Below are positions 27,126 to 35,313 of a stretch of DNA of 64,000 nt, one piece after another. Position numbers and translations under genes: made by a program. Every line of letters begins with the position of its first letter. Within the stretch, counting starts at the first letter, position 1. Under the pieces are notes generated by a model. That model saw nothing but the letters and a program-made list of their open reading frames with translations. It searched no databases and was not told where the DNA came from. Source of the DNA: Candidatus Latescibacterota bacterium (GTDB lineage Bacteria; Latescibacterota; UBA2968; GCA-2709665); NCBI GenBank assembly GCA_965116875.1, contig OZ220733.1, positions 4,736,001 to 4,800,000 on the forward strand, read 5' to 3'.

Positions 27126-27563
27126 TCAGCGCCCTTTCTGTCCATCGTAGGAATTCTGTTGGGTGACCTGTGTTGAAACCGGCAATCCCGAATCCCGCCA
27201 TCCGGCGACCTCCACCGTGCCCGTACCGGGATTGACCTTGCCGCCGTAGCCCCCGACGACATTTGCAATGTTCGAATAACCGGCCTTATCCAACATCTCT
27301 GCCGCGTACTGCGAACGCACACCCGACTGGCAGCCGCAGTAGATCTGCGTCTCATGGTTCAGCACACGCTCCACCACTGCCTGGAAATCGGGATTGGGCA
27401 TCATGCCGCCGGCCGGACTCTGAAACGCGACCGGGATATTGACCGCGCCCTCGGGGTGACCCGCGGCAAATTCGGCTTCGGTACGCACGTCCAGGTACAC
27501 CGCGTCGGCATCGGCGTCCAGCCCCGCCTTTGCATCGGAAGGGACTACCTGCTCAACTGCCAT
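27126..27563 (-). CDS. Rhodanese-like domain protein
   Basis: LDVRT..EF..GH, active-site loop CQSGVRS. Confidence 0.9.
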   Translation of the reverse strand: MAVEQVVPSDAKAGLDADADAVYLDVRTEAEFAAGHPEGAVNIPVAFQSPAGGMMPNPDFQAVVERVLNHETQIYCGCQSGVRSQYAAEMLDKAGYSNIANVVGGYGGKVNPGTGTVEVAGWRDSGLPVSTQVTQQNSYDGQKGR

Positions 27564-27752
27564 AGACGAAACTCCTATTCTCTCATTCGAAACCGGCGCA
27601 CCGGACCAACGCCTGAGAGCCGGCGTCTGACGGCGCGTGATTCCGAAAGACGGAACGTATCAGCCCGCCGCCTCTGACCAGCGGATGATTTCACGGCCAC
27701 AATTGCAGAAAAAGGCGCGTTACCCGGATGCGACAACGAGTTACGAACATCA

Positions 27753-27781
27753 AATATACGTACCTGGACGCCACTTTGCAA
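27753..27781 (-). promoter_or_regulatory. Putative sigma-70 promoter
   Basis: Minus strand TTGCAA-N17-TATATT, about 190 bp upstream of the rhodanese ATG. Confidence 0.5.
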
Positions 27782-27786
27782 GTCTT

Positions 27787-29706
27787 CTACCGCGAACCGT
27801 CGAATTCCCGCAGATCCACCTGGCAAATCTCGAATCCGGCAGTAAAGTAAAGAATGCGGTCTACGATCTGCAGATGTTCTCCCTTCTCTCCGATCCGAGG
27901 CACGAAACCGACGTTTTCGCCCCGGACTTCCAATTGACCGACCCCATCCTGCGCAGACGTCCAGAGCCGTCCGGTGGGCTCATCCCGAACCACCTCTCGA
28001 CACCCCGGTGGCATCGGCCCCAGATCGCGCAGGTCGCCTTCCTGCGCATTCCACGCGTAGAATCGTCCCCGCTGCGACGCAAGCACGCCCCCCGACGCCA
28101 GGACGACCAGCACCCTGGCAGCGCTCTCGCCGTCCTGAATGGCCTGGGAGCGGTCGACCGCCAGACTGTCCATGTCGAATGCCACGAGGCGGCCGGTGGT
28201 CTGAGTGGGCGGAGCGGAGTTCGCGTCCGCGAAGATTTCAGTTCCGCAATAGACCCGGCGGCGATTTGAATCGACCTGCAAGGAGTTTACCTTCTGGTCG
28301 CGCACGAGATGACGCCATACCCGGATCTCGCCCGTGGTTGGATCGATGCGGCTGAGCGCGCCGCCCAGTCGTCCGTATTCGGGGCTGGTGGCCATCCAGA
28401 CGTATCTGCCGTCGTGTACAAGCCCCGTGGGTCTCATCTGGCCTTCATGCTGCGCGCTGGCCAGCACCCGGGGGTTGTCGGGCCAGTCCGGCCTTGCTTC
28501 CGGATCGAATGCGGTCACGCTGGACGTGGTGTAGCTGCTCTGCAGAACCCGCCGTGTGATCGGCTCCCAGATGATCTGGTTGATCTGCCCGCCGCCCGGC
28601 GCCGCCCGGCCGCAATCCTCGCCGTCTCCGGTTTCCATGTCGACGACCCAGAACCGCTGGTTGATGAACGGCGCGCCAACGATGACCTTTCTGTCCGGGA
28701 CCGGGCACAGGGCATGCGCCGCCATGGGACCGGAGGATTCCAGGTCGATGCGGTCCGTCCGCGCCGTCCGTGTATCGTATCGAAGCGCCACGCCGGACAG
28801 GGTCACACCGCACACGTCGGCGTCGCCCCACGGATGTAACGTTACCGATTCCCCATCCGACCACTCGGGCGCGGCGACCTCCCACTTTTCAGCCTCTCGG
28901 TCCAGTACATGAAGGGAGTAATCAGCAGCGTTGTGCGCATAGAGGCGGCCGTCCACGACACAGGCCTTTCCTCCAGGACTCCCGCGTCCGGTACGTGGGA
29001 TCCGCTGCATGAATTCAAAACCCGGATACGCCATGAAATGGAGTTCTCCGCCCACAAATGCCGCAAGTGTCTCGTTGTCCCAGAAAAAAGCGTCTGTCGT
29101 GGAACCCACGCCCCGGATGTTCGCAGGTGTGTGGGATTCCGCAGTCATCGTCTCCAGGTTCAGCATGACAAACCGTGCCTGCGGCACGTCGATGGCGAGA
29201 AGGACACGACCGTCCGGCGCCTCCACGACGTTGTGGCCATATAGCGCGGTCGGGGATTCCGTATCGACGGGTCGGAAAACCTTCACCAGCCTGGACTCGC
29301 GCCAGTCGTACACCCCCACGTCGCCCGGGGATGCCTCCCAGACCGCGTACCGGTCCGTCACGCAGCCGCCCCACGTGATGGATTTCAATTCGCCGGTTAC
29401 CAGGACTTCGAAGCGATCGGCAGCCGGATCGTACCGGATCAGATCCCCGTTTCCGCAGCCCAGATAGAGGCAGCCGTCGGCGGCGGTTCTCAACATATAG
29501 GCGCCAGGTATTCCTTCGGGCAGATTTCGAAAACCTCTTGATCCGGTGTCCGGATTCCAGAAGTAGATCCTCCCCCCCGAACTCCCACCCCAGATGCTGC
29601 TGACCAGATGGTCGGCTCCCTGGAACGAGACCTGCTCCACCTCGGCATTGATGAAGGGCAGCCTGCTGTGCGGTATGGGGTAGCGTCTGACGGTTGCCAT
29701 GACCAC
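27787..29706 (-). CDS. Large beta-propeller-type hypothetical protein
   Basis: 639 aa with repeated (Y/W/F)DPxTG strand-turn units; no signal peptide; AGGAG RBS (start 29706 or 29700). Confidence 0.75.
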   Translation of the reverse strand: MVMATVRRYPIPHSRLPFINAEVEQVSFQGADHLVSSIWGGSSGGRIYFWNPDTGSRGFRNLPEGIPGAYMLRTAADGCLYLGCGNGDLIRYDPAADRFEVLVTGELKSITWGGCVTDRYAVWEASPGDVGVYDWRESRLVKVFRPVDTESPTALYGHNVVEAPDGRVLLAIDVPQARFVMLNLETMTAESHTPANIRGVGSTTDAFFWDNETLAAFVGGELHFMAYPGFEFMQRIPRTGRGSPGGKACVVDGRLYAHNAADYSLHVLDREAEKWEVAAPEWSDGESVTLHPWGDADVCGVTLSGVALRYDTRTARTDRIDLESSGPMAAHALCPVPDRKVIVGAPFINQRFWVVDMETGDGEDCGRAAPGGGQINQIIWEPITRRVLQSSYTTSSVTAFDPEARPDWPDNPRVLASAQHEGQMRPTGLVHDGRYVWMATSPEYGRLGGALSRIDPTTGEIRVWRHLVRDQKVNSLQVDSNRRRVYCGTEIFADANSAPPTQTTGRLVAFDMDSLAVDRSQAIQDGESAARVLVVLASGGVLASQRGRFYAWNAQEGDLRDLGPMPPGCREVVRDEPTGRLWTSAQDGVGQLEVRGENVGFVPRIGEKGEHLQIVDRILYFTAGFEICQVDLREFDGSR

Positions 29707-29829
29707 TCCTGTTTTTCAGATTGTGTTTGATCTTTCCTTGACTGAGTCCCTACGGACTCCACATTGAGATCAACTCTCAAGAGAGTTAATTCACTGTATC
29801 GCAGTTCTCTACAACAAATATATCATGTT

Positions 29830-30447
29830 CTACTCGATATATCTCCGAACCTCGATCACCTTTCCCAGGATCGAAAACGTCTCGCCGTCTTCCCGAGGAA
29901 TGATGGATTCGAAGGCTTCGTTTTCAGGGTGCAGTTCTATCCGGCCGTTTTTCTCCCGGTATCTCTTGACTGTCGCCTCCTCGCCTACCATGGCAACGAC
30001 GATGTCTCCCGGCCTGGCAGCGTGCTGACGTCGAACAATCACGGTATCGCCGTGCAGGATGCCCGCCCTGAGCATACTGTCTCCCTGTACCGTGAGGGCG
30101 AAGAGTTCCGCGCCCTCGTAACGGGTCTGCTGAACGGGAAGATAGTCTTCCGGATTCTGAATGGCCGCGGTCAGGTCCCCGGCCTGGACGCGTCCCAGCA
30201 CGGGGATCAGATGAGAGGAACGCGCGCTGCCCATCTTCGGCAGCCGGTGCGACCTCGCCTTACCAGATTCCTTGACCAGTCTGCCCTCCAGAACGAGCGC
30301 TTCCAGATGCTGCCGGGCCGACTGAACAGCACGGAATCCGAACGCTTTCTGTACTTCACGGGTGCTGGGCGGCGAGCCGTTGAGAATCCGCTCTTTTACG
30401 AATTCATAGATTTTCTCACGCGTCTGACCGGGCGGTGTGTAGGCCAT
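29830..30447 (-). CDS. lexA: SOS repressor LexA
   Basis: PPSTREV winged HTH, VQAG Ala-Gly cleavage site, GDSM Ser, ATVK Lys; start MAYTPPGQ at 30447. Confidence 0.93.
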   Translation of the reverse strand: MAYTPPGQTREKIYEFVKERILNGSPPSTREVQKAFGFRAVQSARQHLEALVLEGRLVKESGKARSHRLPKMGSARSSHLIPVLGRVQAGDLTAAIQNPEDYLPVQQTRYEGAELFALTVQGDSMLRAGILHGDTVIVRRQHAARPGDIVVAMVGEEATVKRYREKNGRIELHPENEAFESIIPREDGETFSILGKVIEVRRYIE

Positions 30448-30508
30448 ATTGCGATCCTGGACTCGAACCACTACCATATGCTGTCGATGAGATCCGGCTA
30501 CGGACATA

Positions 30509-30537
30509 AAAAAACAGACAAACATCTGTCTTGTCAA
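30509..30537 (-). promoter_or_regulatory. lexA promoter with candidate LexA operator
   Basis: Minus-strand -35 TTGACA (30532-30537) is immediately followed by the perfect palindrome AGACA-N6-TGTCT (30516-30531). Confidence 0.6.
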
Positions 30538-30651
30538 GCGGGTTCTTGCGAATTGGACATAATAAAGGCCATGTTGATCACAGAATGAACAGGACTCGGG
30601 TTTCGTGGACGAATGTGTGAAGGCGGATCCTACGTTCCCCTGTTCCCATCG

Positions 30652-30840
30652 CTAACGTCCTTCGCTGAGTGGAGCGGAAAGTTTGACTTCGAGATTTCGA
30701 TCAAGTCTGTCTTGAAGGACACAAAAGATACCCGTGAGATTGTCCATCGTAGGATTTCCTTTTAACGACAACATACGATGGATTCGAGATGTATCTTGCC
30801 TGTCGACCGGCACCTGCGATCTGGTGTTGCCGACGGCCAA
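30652..30840 (-). pseudogene. Remnant of an addiction-module antidote (HI1420-like HTH antitoxin), C-terminal fragment
   Basis: IHRMLSLKGNPTMDNLTGIF resembles the LxRMLSxxGNPxxxNL end of this family; the N-terminal half and the toxin are absent. Confidence 0.55.
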
Positions 30841-30864
30841 CCTGCTGTGACTTCGGATCCGTCG

Positions 30865-31815
30865 TTACGTGTCCTCGCCTTCGTCTGTGTCGACCCGATT
30901 GGATCGCCTTGTTGACCTGGCCAGACGTTCCACAATCGCAAACCAGAGCCCCGCCAGGCCGATTTTGCGCCGTGACACCCGGGTCGCGTCGTCGAGGTCA
31001 TCTACCTCGTCGACGGTCGCATCTTCCGGAGCCATACCCTCCCCACTATCGGGTGCCGGGGCGTACAGCAATACCGTTGTGTTGTCCTGATACGGTTCGT
31101 CTGCCGCTTCAACGGCATCCATGAGCGAACCGGCCGCATCATTCAGGGGCCTGTCGCTCATTCCCCGGAGTATGCGCGCGATCTCCTCGTCCTTCAGCGT
31201 CATCAGTCCGTCGCTGGCCAGCAATACACGGTCGCCATTCCGCACCGCAACAGGCTGGGGCGACACGTCGATCAGGTGGATTTCATCGCCCATCACCGCG
31301 GACCGAAGCGCGTGCCGATTGGAATCCATTGCCGCCTGCTTTTCGGTCATGCGGCCCACCTTTACCAGGTTTTCAAGCACGGGCGCCATGGAATGGTCGG
31401 CATTGAGGCGGTGCAAGCGGCCGTCTCGGAACAACCACAGGGGGGAATCTCCCACGCTGATCCACTCCAGTCCGCGTTGAGACACGACGGCTGCGGCCAC
31501 GGTGGCCCCCATGCCGGTCAACTCCGGGTTCCTCCTCGTCGCATCCGCAAGGGCATCGTTGGCCGCGAAGAGACACGCGCGCAGTCGGTCCGCGATCTGC
31601 CCTTCCGTGCGACCATACGTCTCGACGAACGCATTGACGACCATTCGGCTGGCTGTATCGCCACTGACGTGACCGCCCATCCCGTCCGCGAGCAGCAACA
31701 CGTCGGCGCCGTCGGCATCCGGACCACCGCCTTCGATCAGGCCGTAGTCGTCCTCCTGGTAATCGCGGTCGCCGGTTATCTGTCCCGCGGCGAAGCGTCC
31801 TTCCAGCCGGTTCAT
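30865..31815 (-). CDS. PP2C/PPM-family Ser/Thr protein phosphatase
   Basis: R..QED, LADGMGGH, MGAT, VGDS, DHS, SDGL, DNTT. Confidence 0.93.
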   Translation of the reverse strand: MNRLEGRFAAGQITGDRDYQEDDYGLIEGGGPDADGADVLLLADGMGGHVSGDTASRMVVNAFVETYGRTEGQIADRLRACLFAANDALADATRRNPELTGMGATVAAAVVSQRGLEWISVGDSPLWLFRDGRLHRLNADHSMAPVLENLVKVGRMTEKQAAMDSNRHALRSAVMGDEIHLIDVSPQPVAVRNGDRVLLASDGLMTLKDEEIARILRGMSDRPLNDAAGSLMDAVEAADEPYQDNTTVLLYAPAPDSGEGMAPEDATVDEVDDLDDATRVSRRKIGLAGLWFAIVERLARSTRRSNRVDTDEGEDT

Positions 31816-31964
31816 TGCGGTCCTCCGAGCCAGCGCGAGGCCGCTGACGTGCCATCGAGGACACTTTCTCCGCGTTGAAGGGGAAATCTAACGTCTTGAG
31901 AATACCCGGGGATTGGCTCTGAACTCTCGTTCATCCTCAACTCTCGAATGTAACTGTCCAACAT
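31812..31964 (-). CDS. Possible 50-aa ORF or gene remnant
   Basis: MLDSYIRELRMNESSEPIPGYSQDVRFPLQRGESVLDGTSAASRWLGGPQ*; its stop overlaps the PP2C start (ATGA). Confidence 0.25.
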   Translation of the reverse strand: MLDSYIRELRMNESSEPIPGYSQDVRFPLQRGESVLDGTSAASRWLGGPQ

Positions 31965-32036
31965 GGATATCTTCCTGCCGCGCAGGAATATTGAAGGATC
32001 GTTCCGCAGTTCAAGCCGAATGCCGACAGCTTTCCT

Positions 32037-34493
32037 TCAGTGCCTGAGGGTCCGGGCAACACGAAACCCGCTCAGGTTGCTCCGGTAACCGGTCGAATTC
32101 CGGTAACGAAGCGCCGATCGGAGGAACCCCGGTCCATTGAACCACGAACCGCCGCGCAACACCCGCTTCGAGCAATCGCCGGATTCCCGCGCCCCGCCAT
32201 CGACGGGAGCTCCCGAATAGCTCCCGTTCCAGCAGTCCGCCACCCATTCCCACACGTTTCCGAGCACGTCATGCAGCCCGAATTCATTCGAAACGTAACT
32301 TCCTACCGGCGACGTACGATACGCCTTATCGTCGCACGACGCAACCGCCCACGAACTGTTATACTGCTGTGCCTCCTCGTCCGCGCCGTTCGCATACCCA
32401 CACTGGTCCTCGGACGATTCACCCCAATAACGCGCGGTCGTCGTACCCGCGCGCGCCACGTATTCCCATTCCGACTCGCTCAACAATCGGTAGGAATGTC
32501 CGGTCTTTTCCGAGAGCCACTTTGTATATTCCTGCGCATCCCGCCAGCTTACATTGATCACCGGCCGGCTACCGCGGCCCCATCCTTCGTCTTCAGGAAG
32601 ATATCCACCACATCCTCCTGCATCCGCGCATGCATCCCACTCAGCGAAAGTGACCTCAAACAGCCCCACCGCAAACCGGTAATCGATTTTCACGTCCTGG
32701 CGTGGACCCTCGTTGTCGTCCCGGTCCTCCTCACTGCCCGGCGAGCCAATGCGGAACGAGCCGGACGGGACGATCACCATCTCCGGGCACCGTGCGCAGT
32801 CGCGGAATACCCTGCCTACGGCCAGACGACCGCCCGGCCCGGCCTCCTCACGCGATGCCGACAATCGACCCTCTGCTTCGGAAAGCAAGGTTGCATCCGC
32901 GCCGAAAGTTCGCATCGAATCCAGGTATTCTCCCGCAACCGCGATATCCCCCGCGGACAACGCAGCCTCGAATCTGTCCCTGAATGCCGCCATCCGTGCC
33001 TGCCGGCCCCGCTCCGCCTCCTGTTCCAACTGCCGCCGCTTTCGTTCAGCGTCGCGCGCAGACGTCAGGCGAACCCCGAGACTCGCCAGGACCGGCGCAT
33101 CGGGACGCACCTGTCTGATCCGTGAGACGTATCGCTGAGCCTTCCGGAACTCCTTCCTGGCCAACGCAGCGTCGAAGATCCTCTCATAACGACCAATTAC
33201 GCTTTCAAGCCCGTCCGTCGCCGCAGGATGCCCCGGCGACAGCTCCAATACCGCCTGGAACTTCTCCCACGCATTCGCGCCGGCGGGACTCGTCAGTCGG
33301 TCCGATGCCAGGTCCTCCCTTGCAGCATTCAACAGGACCGATATCCTTTCGTCACGTTGACGTGCTTCTTCCTCCCGCGCTGCGTCCCTGGTTTCACTCT
33401 CGGTGTCGCTCTTGCTTTCCACTTCCTGGGCGACTGGTTGCTTCTCGGTGGGATGCACGTATTCGTGGATAAAATAAACACCTGTTATCAGGAGAGCCAA
33501 TATTGCCACCCCGCCGGCGAGAAAGCCGCCGACCCGCTTCACCCGACTCAGCGGCATTTTGACACCCAGCCTTGCGAGCGGCCCCTCAGGCAGGTCCGGC
33601 GGCGGGTCAGGTTGTTCACCCTCCAGGGCTTCACGCCACACGTCCACGCTCTGCGGGCGTTCCCGTTCGTCCACCCGTAACGCCCAGTCGATCGCCGACA
33701 GGAATCCATGGGTTGCCTGATTCCGGCACCGATCAACCGCCGGTTCCAGGGGATCTACCCGTACACGATCCGTCGCATCGTACGGCACCTGACCCGACAA
33801 CGCGTGGTAACAGACCGCACCAAGCGCATAGACGTCGGTCCAGACGCCCTGGTGACCTCGCTTCGAATATTGTTCGATAGGCGCATAACCTGGTGTGATG
33901 ATCGACGTCACCGAGCGGCTCTTCGCCCCGATCGCCTGGCGCGCCGCGCCAAAATCCAGAAGAACCGGCGACCGGTCCTCGTCGCGAAGGATGATATTTC
34001 CCGGTTTGATGTCGCGGTGCAGGAAATCGGCGCCATGCACCACCGCCAGGCCACTCAGAATCGGATACAGTATTTCCTTGAGTTCAGCCTCCTTCAACGC
34101 GGGTTTACTTTGAAGAAACTCAGCAAGGGTCATACCATCCGCGTATTCCATCACGATATACGCGGTGCCGAGCGCCTCGAAGAATCGGTGCACCTTGACG
34201 ATGTTGCGATGGTCAAACCGCGCCAGGGTGCGCGCCTCGTCAAGAAAACGATCCAGCCCCCATTTGAAATTATCCAGATAATAACCGGCTTTCGGGCCGA
34301 CGCTGTTGTCGCGTGTACGGGCCGCGATATCGTCCGGCAGGAACTCCTTGACGGCGACGTTCTTGTCGAGGTTGTGGTCGAAGCCCAGGTACGTTATGCC
34401 GAATCCCCCTGTGCCCAGCACCTCTACCAATTCGTACTCCTGGAGTCGGTACCCCTGGGGCAGCGCGTTCAGGGGGTGTTGGGATTCGCTCAT
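32037..34493 (-). CDS. Membrane Ser/Thr kinase with C-terminal FGE-sulfatase-type (CLec) domain
   Basis: LGTGGFG, VAVKE, HRDIKPGN, DFG, TM helix, helical linker, then CPEMV, LLSESEWEY, N.FGLHD..GNVWEW, RGGSW, GFRVAR. Confidence 0.92.
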   Translation of the reverse strand: MSESQHPLNALPQGYRLQEYELVEVLGTGGFGITYLGFDHNLDKNVAVKEFLPDDIAARTRDNSVGPKAGYYLDNFKWGLDRFLDEARTLARFDHRNIVKVHRFFEALGTAYIVMEYADGMTLAEFLQSKPALKEAELKEILYPILSGLAVVHGADFLHRDIKPGNIILRDEDRSPVLLDFGAARQAIGAKSRSVTSIITPGYAPIEQYSKRGHQGVWTDVYALGAVCYHALSGQVPYDATDRVRVDPLEPAVDRCRNQATHGFLSAIDWALRVDERERPQSVDVWREALEGEQPDPPPDLPEGPLARLGVKMPLSRVKRVGGFLAGGVAILALLITGVYFIHEYVHPTEKQPVAQEVESKSDTESETRDAAREEEARQRDERISVLLNAAREDLASDRLTSPAGANAWEKFQAVLELSPGHPAATDGLESVIGRYERIFDAALARKEFRKAQRYVSRIRQVRPDAPVLASLGVRLTSARDAERKRRQLEQEAERGRQARMAAFRDRFEAALSAGDIAVAGEYLDSMRTFGADATLLSEAEGRLSASREEAGPGGRLAVGRVFRDCARCPEMVIVPSGSFRIGSPGSEEDRDDNEGPRQDVKIDYRFAVGLFEVTFAEWDACADAGGCGGYLPEDEGWGRGSRPVINVSWRDAQEYTKWLSEKTGHSYRLLSESEWEYVARAGTTTARYWGESSEDQCGYANGADEEAQQYNSSWAVASCDDKAYRTSPVGSYVSNEFGLHDVLGNVWEWVADCWNGSYSGAPVDGGARESGDCSKRVLRGGSWFNGPGFLRSALRYRNSTGYRSNLSGFRVARTLRH

Positions 34494-34781
34494 CGTGCAA
34501 TCCTTACGGCGTCTTCAATTGCGCTATTAACCTCAATCCGAATAAAAACAGCAACGCGGCGACGCGATAGAACCCTCCGAAACGGGGCGTTATCGACGTA
34601 TAGAAGCACGTTTTTTCCCTTCACGGCCAGTGGCCTGGTGTATCCTGGTAATCCGCCGTCTAATCGCCTTTATTTACAAGCGCATATTCGAATTAGCGTC
34701 CCCGAAGACTTACGAATCAAGGTTAACCCGTCGAGGGCAGGGATGCCCTCGATCCCGGGGTGGTACGCCGCGCTAACCCGC

Positions 34782-34809
34782 GAGATCCTTCAATACGCTC
34801 AAAATGACA
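34782..34809. repeat. Degenerate REP-like element
   Basis: Reverse complement TGTCATTTTGAGCGTATTGAAGGATCTC resembles the widespread GTCATCCTGAGCG..GCGAAGGATCT intergenic repeat. Confidence 0.5.
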
Positions 34810-35152
34810 GGACGGCGGATGACCGTTCGCCCGCGCGTTGGTCGTTCCGGAAACCGCCGGTCCATTCCTCCACACGAGCCTGCATCCACCTGCTGCCGAA
34901 AGTACGTTAAAGCAGACCAGAACTGAACGCAACAGGAAAAATTAGCTTCTCTGAAACTTCGCGTCATTATATCTACGTTTCAATTAACTTCCTTCGTTCC
35001 AATGCACCACGTTAACCGGATATTCGCCGTGGACCCCCTAGCTCCCCGGCAAATGTGCGTCCCCAGGTTCACCCGGACGGATTCGATGATGGACTGCAGA
35101 TGCAGGGTGGACCCGGTCGCGATACGCGGATACGAACGGACTCCGAACAATT

Positions 35153-35186
35153 CGGGGGCTAAGTCCTTTAACGTAGCCCCCGTTTT
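35153..35186 (+). terminator. Terminator-like hairpin
   Basis: CGGGGGCTA-N12-TAGCCCCCG followed by TTTT on the plus strand. Confidence 0.45.
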
Positions 35187-35240
35187 CAAGTAATTTGACG
35201 CGGTTTCGGCCGCCCGCTGTCGACCGGATCCCCGTACCGT

Positions 35241-35272
35241 GTGTAGGGGAGACCGGCCGGTCGCCCCTACAC
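35241..35272. repeat. GTAG-type REP palindrome
   Basis: GTGTAGGGGAGACCGGCCGGTCGCCCCTACAC, a near-perfect palindrome with GTAG...CTAC ends, downstream of a gene 3' end. Confidence 0.72.
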
Positions 35273-35313
35273 TTCCGGAATCCTTTCCGTTGTTTGACAG
35301 AAACCAATTGCTA

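Noticed and set aside
27101-27127. tRNA T-arm-like sequence (GGGTTCGATTC on the minus strand) as a possible att site of an island ending at tRNA-Pro(CGG)
   Set aside because: It is only loosely similar to the tRNA 3' end, has no acceptor/CCA match or cloverleaf, and there is no integrase in the window.
27564-27750. Glycine-riboswitch-like CTCTCAGG in the rhodanese leader
   Set aside because: The other aptamer elements (GGAGA, CCGAAG) are not in the right arrangement.
32037-32810. FGE domain as the sulfatase-activating enzyme for the sulfatase at 57783-59183
   Set aside because: It lacks the catalytic Cys pair after RGGS and is fused beyond the TM helix of a kinase, so it is a binding-type CLec domain.
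34494-35313. DGR template repeat, 6S RNA or c-di-GMP riboswitch upstream of the kinase
   Set aside because: There is no AAC-rich copy of the variable region on either strand, and only isolated short words (TGAACC, GGGAGC, GAAA loop) occur without the complete consensus structures.
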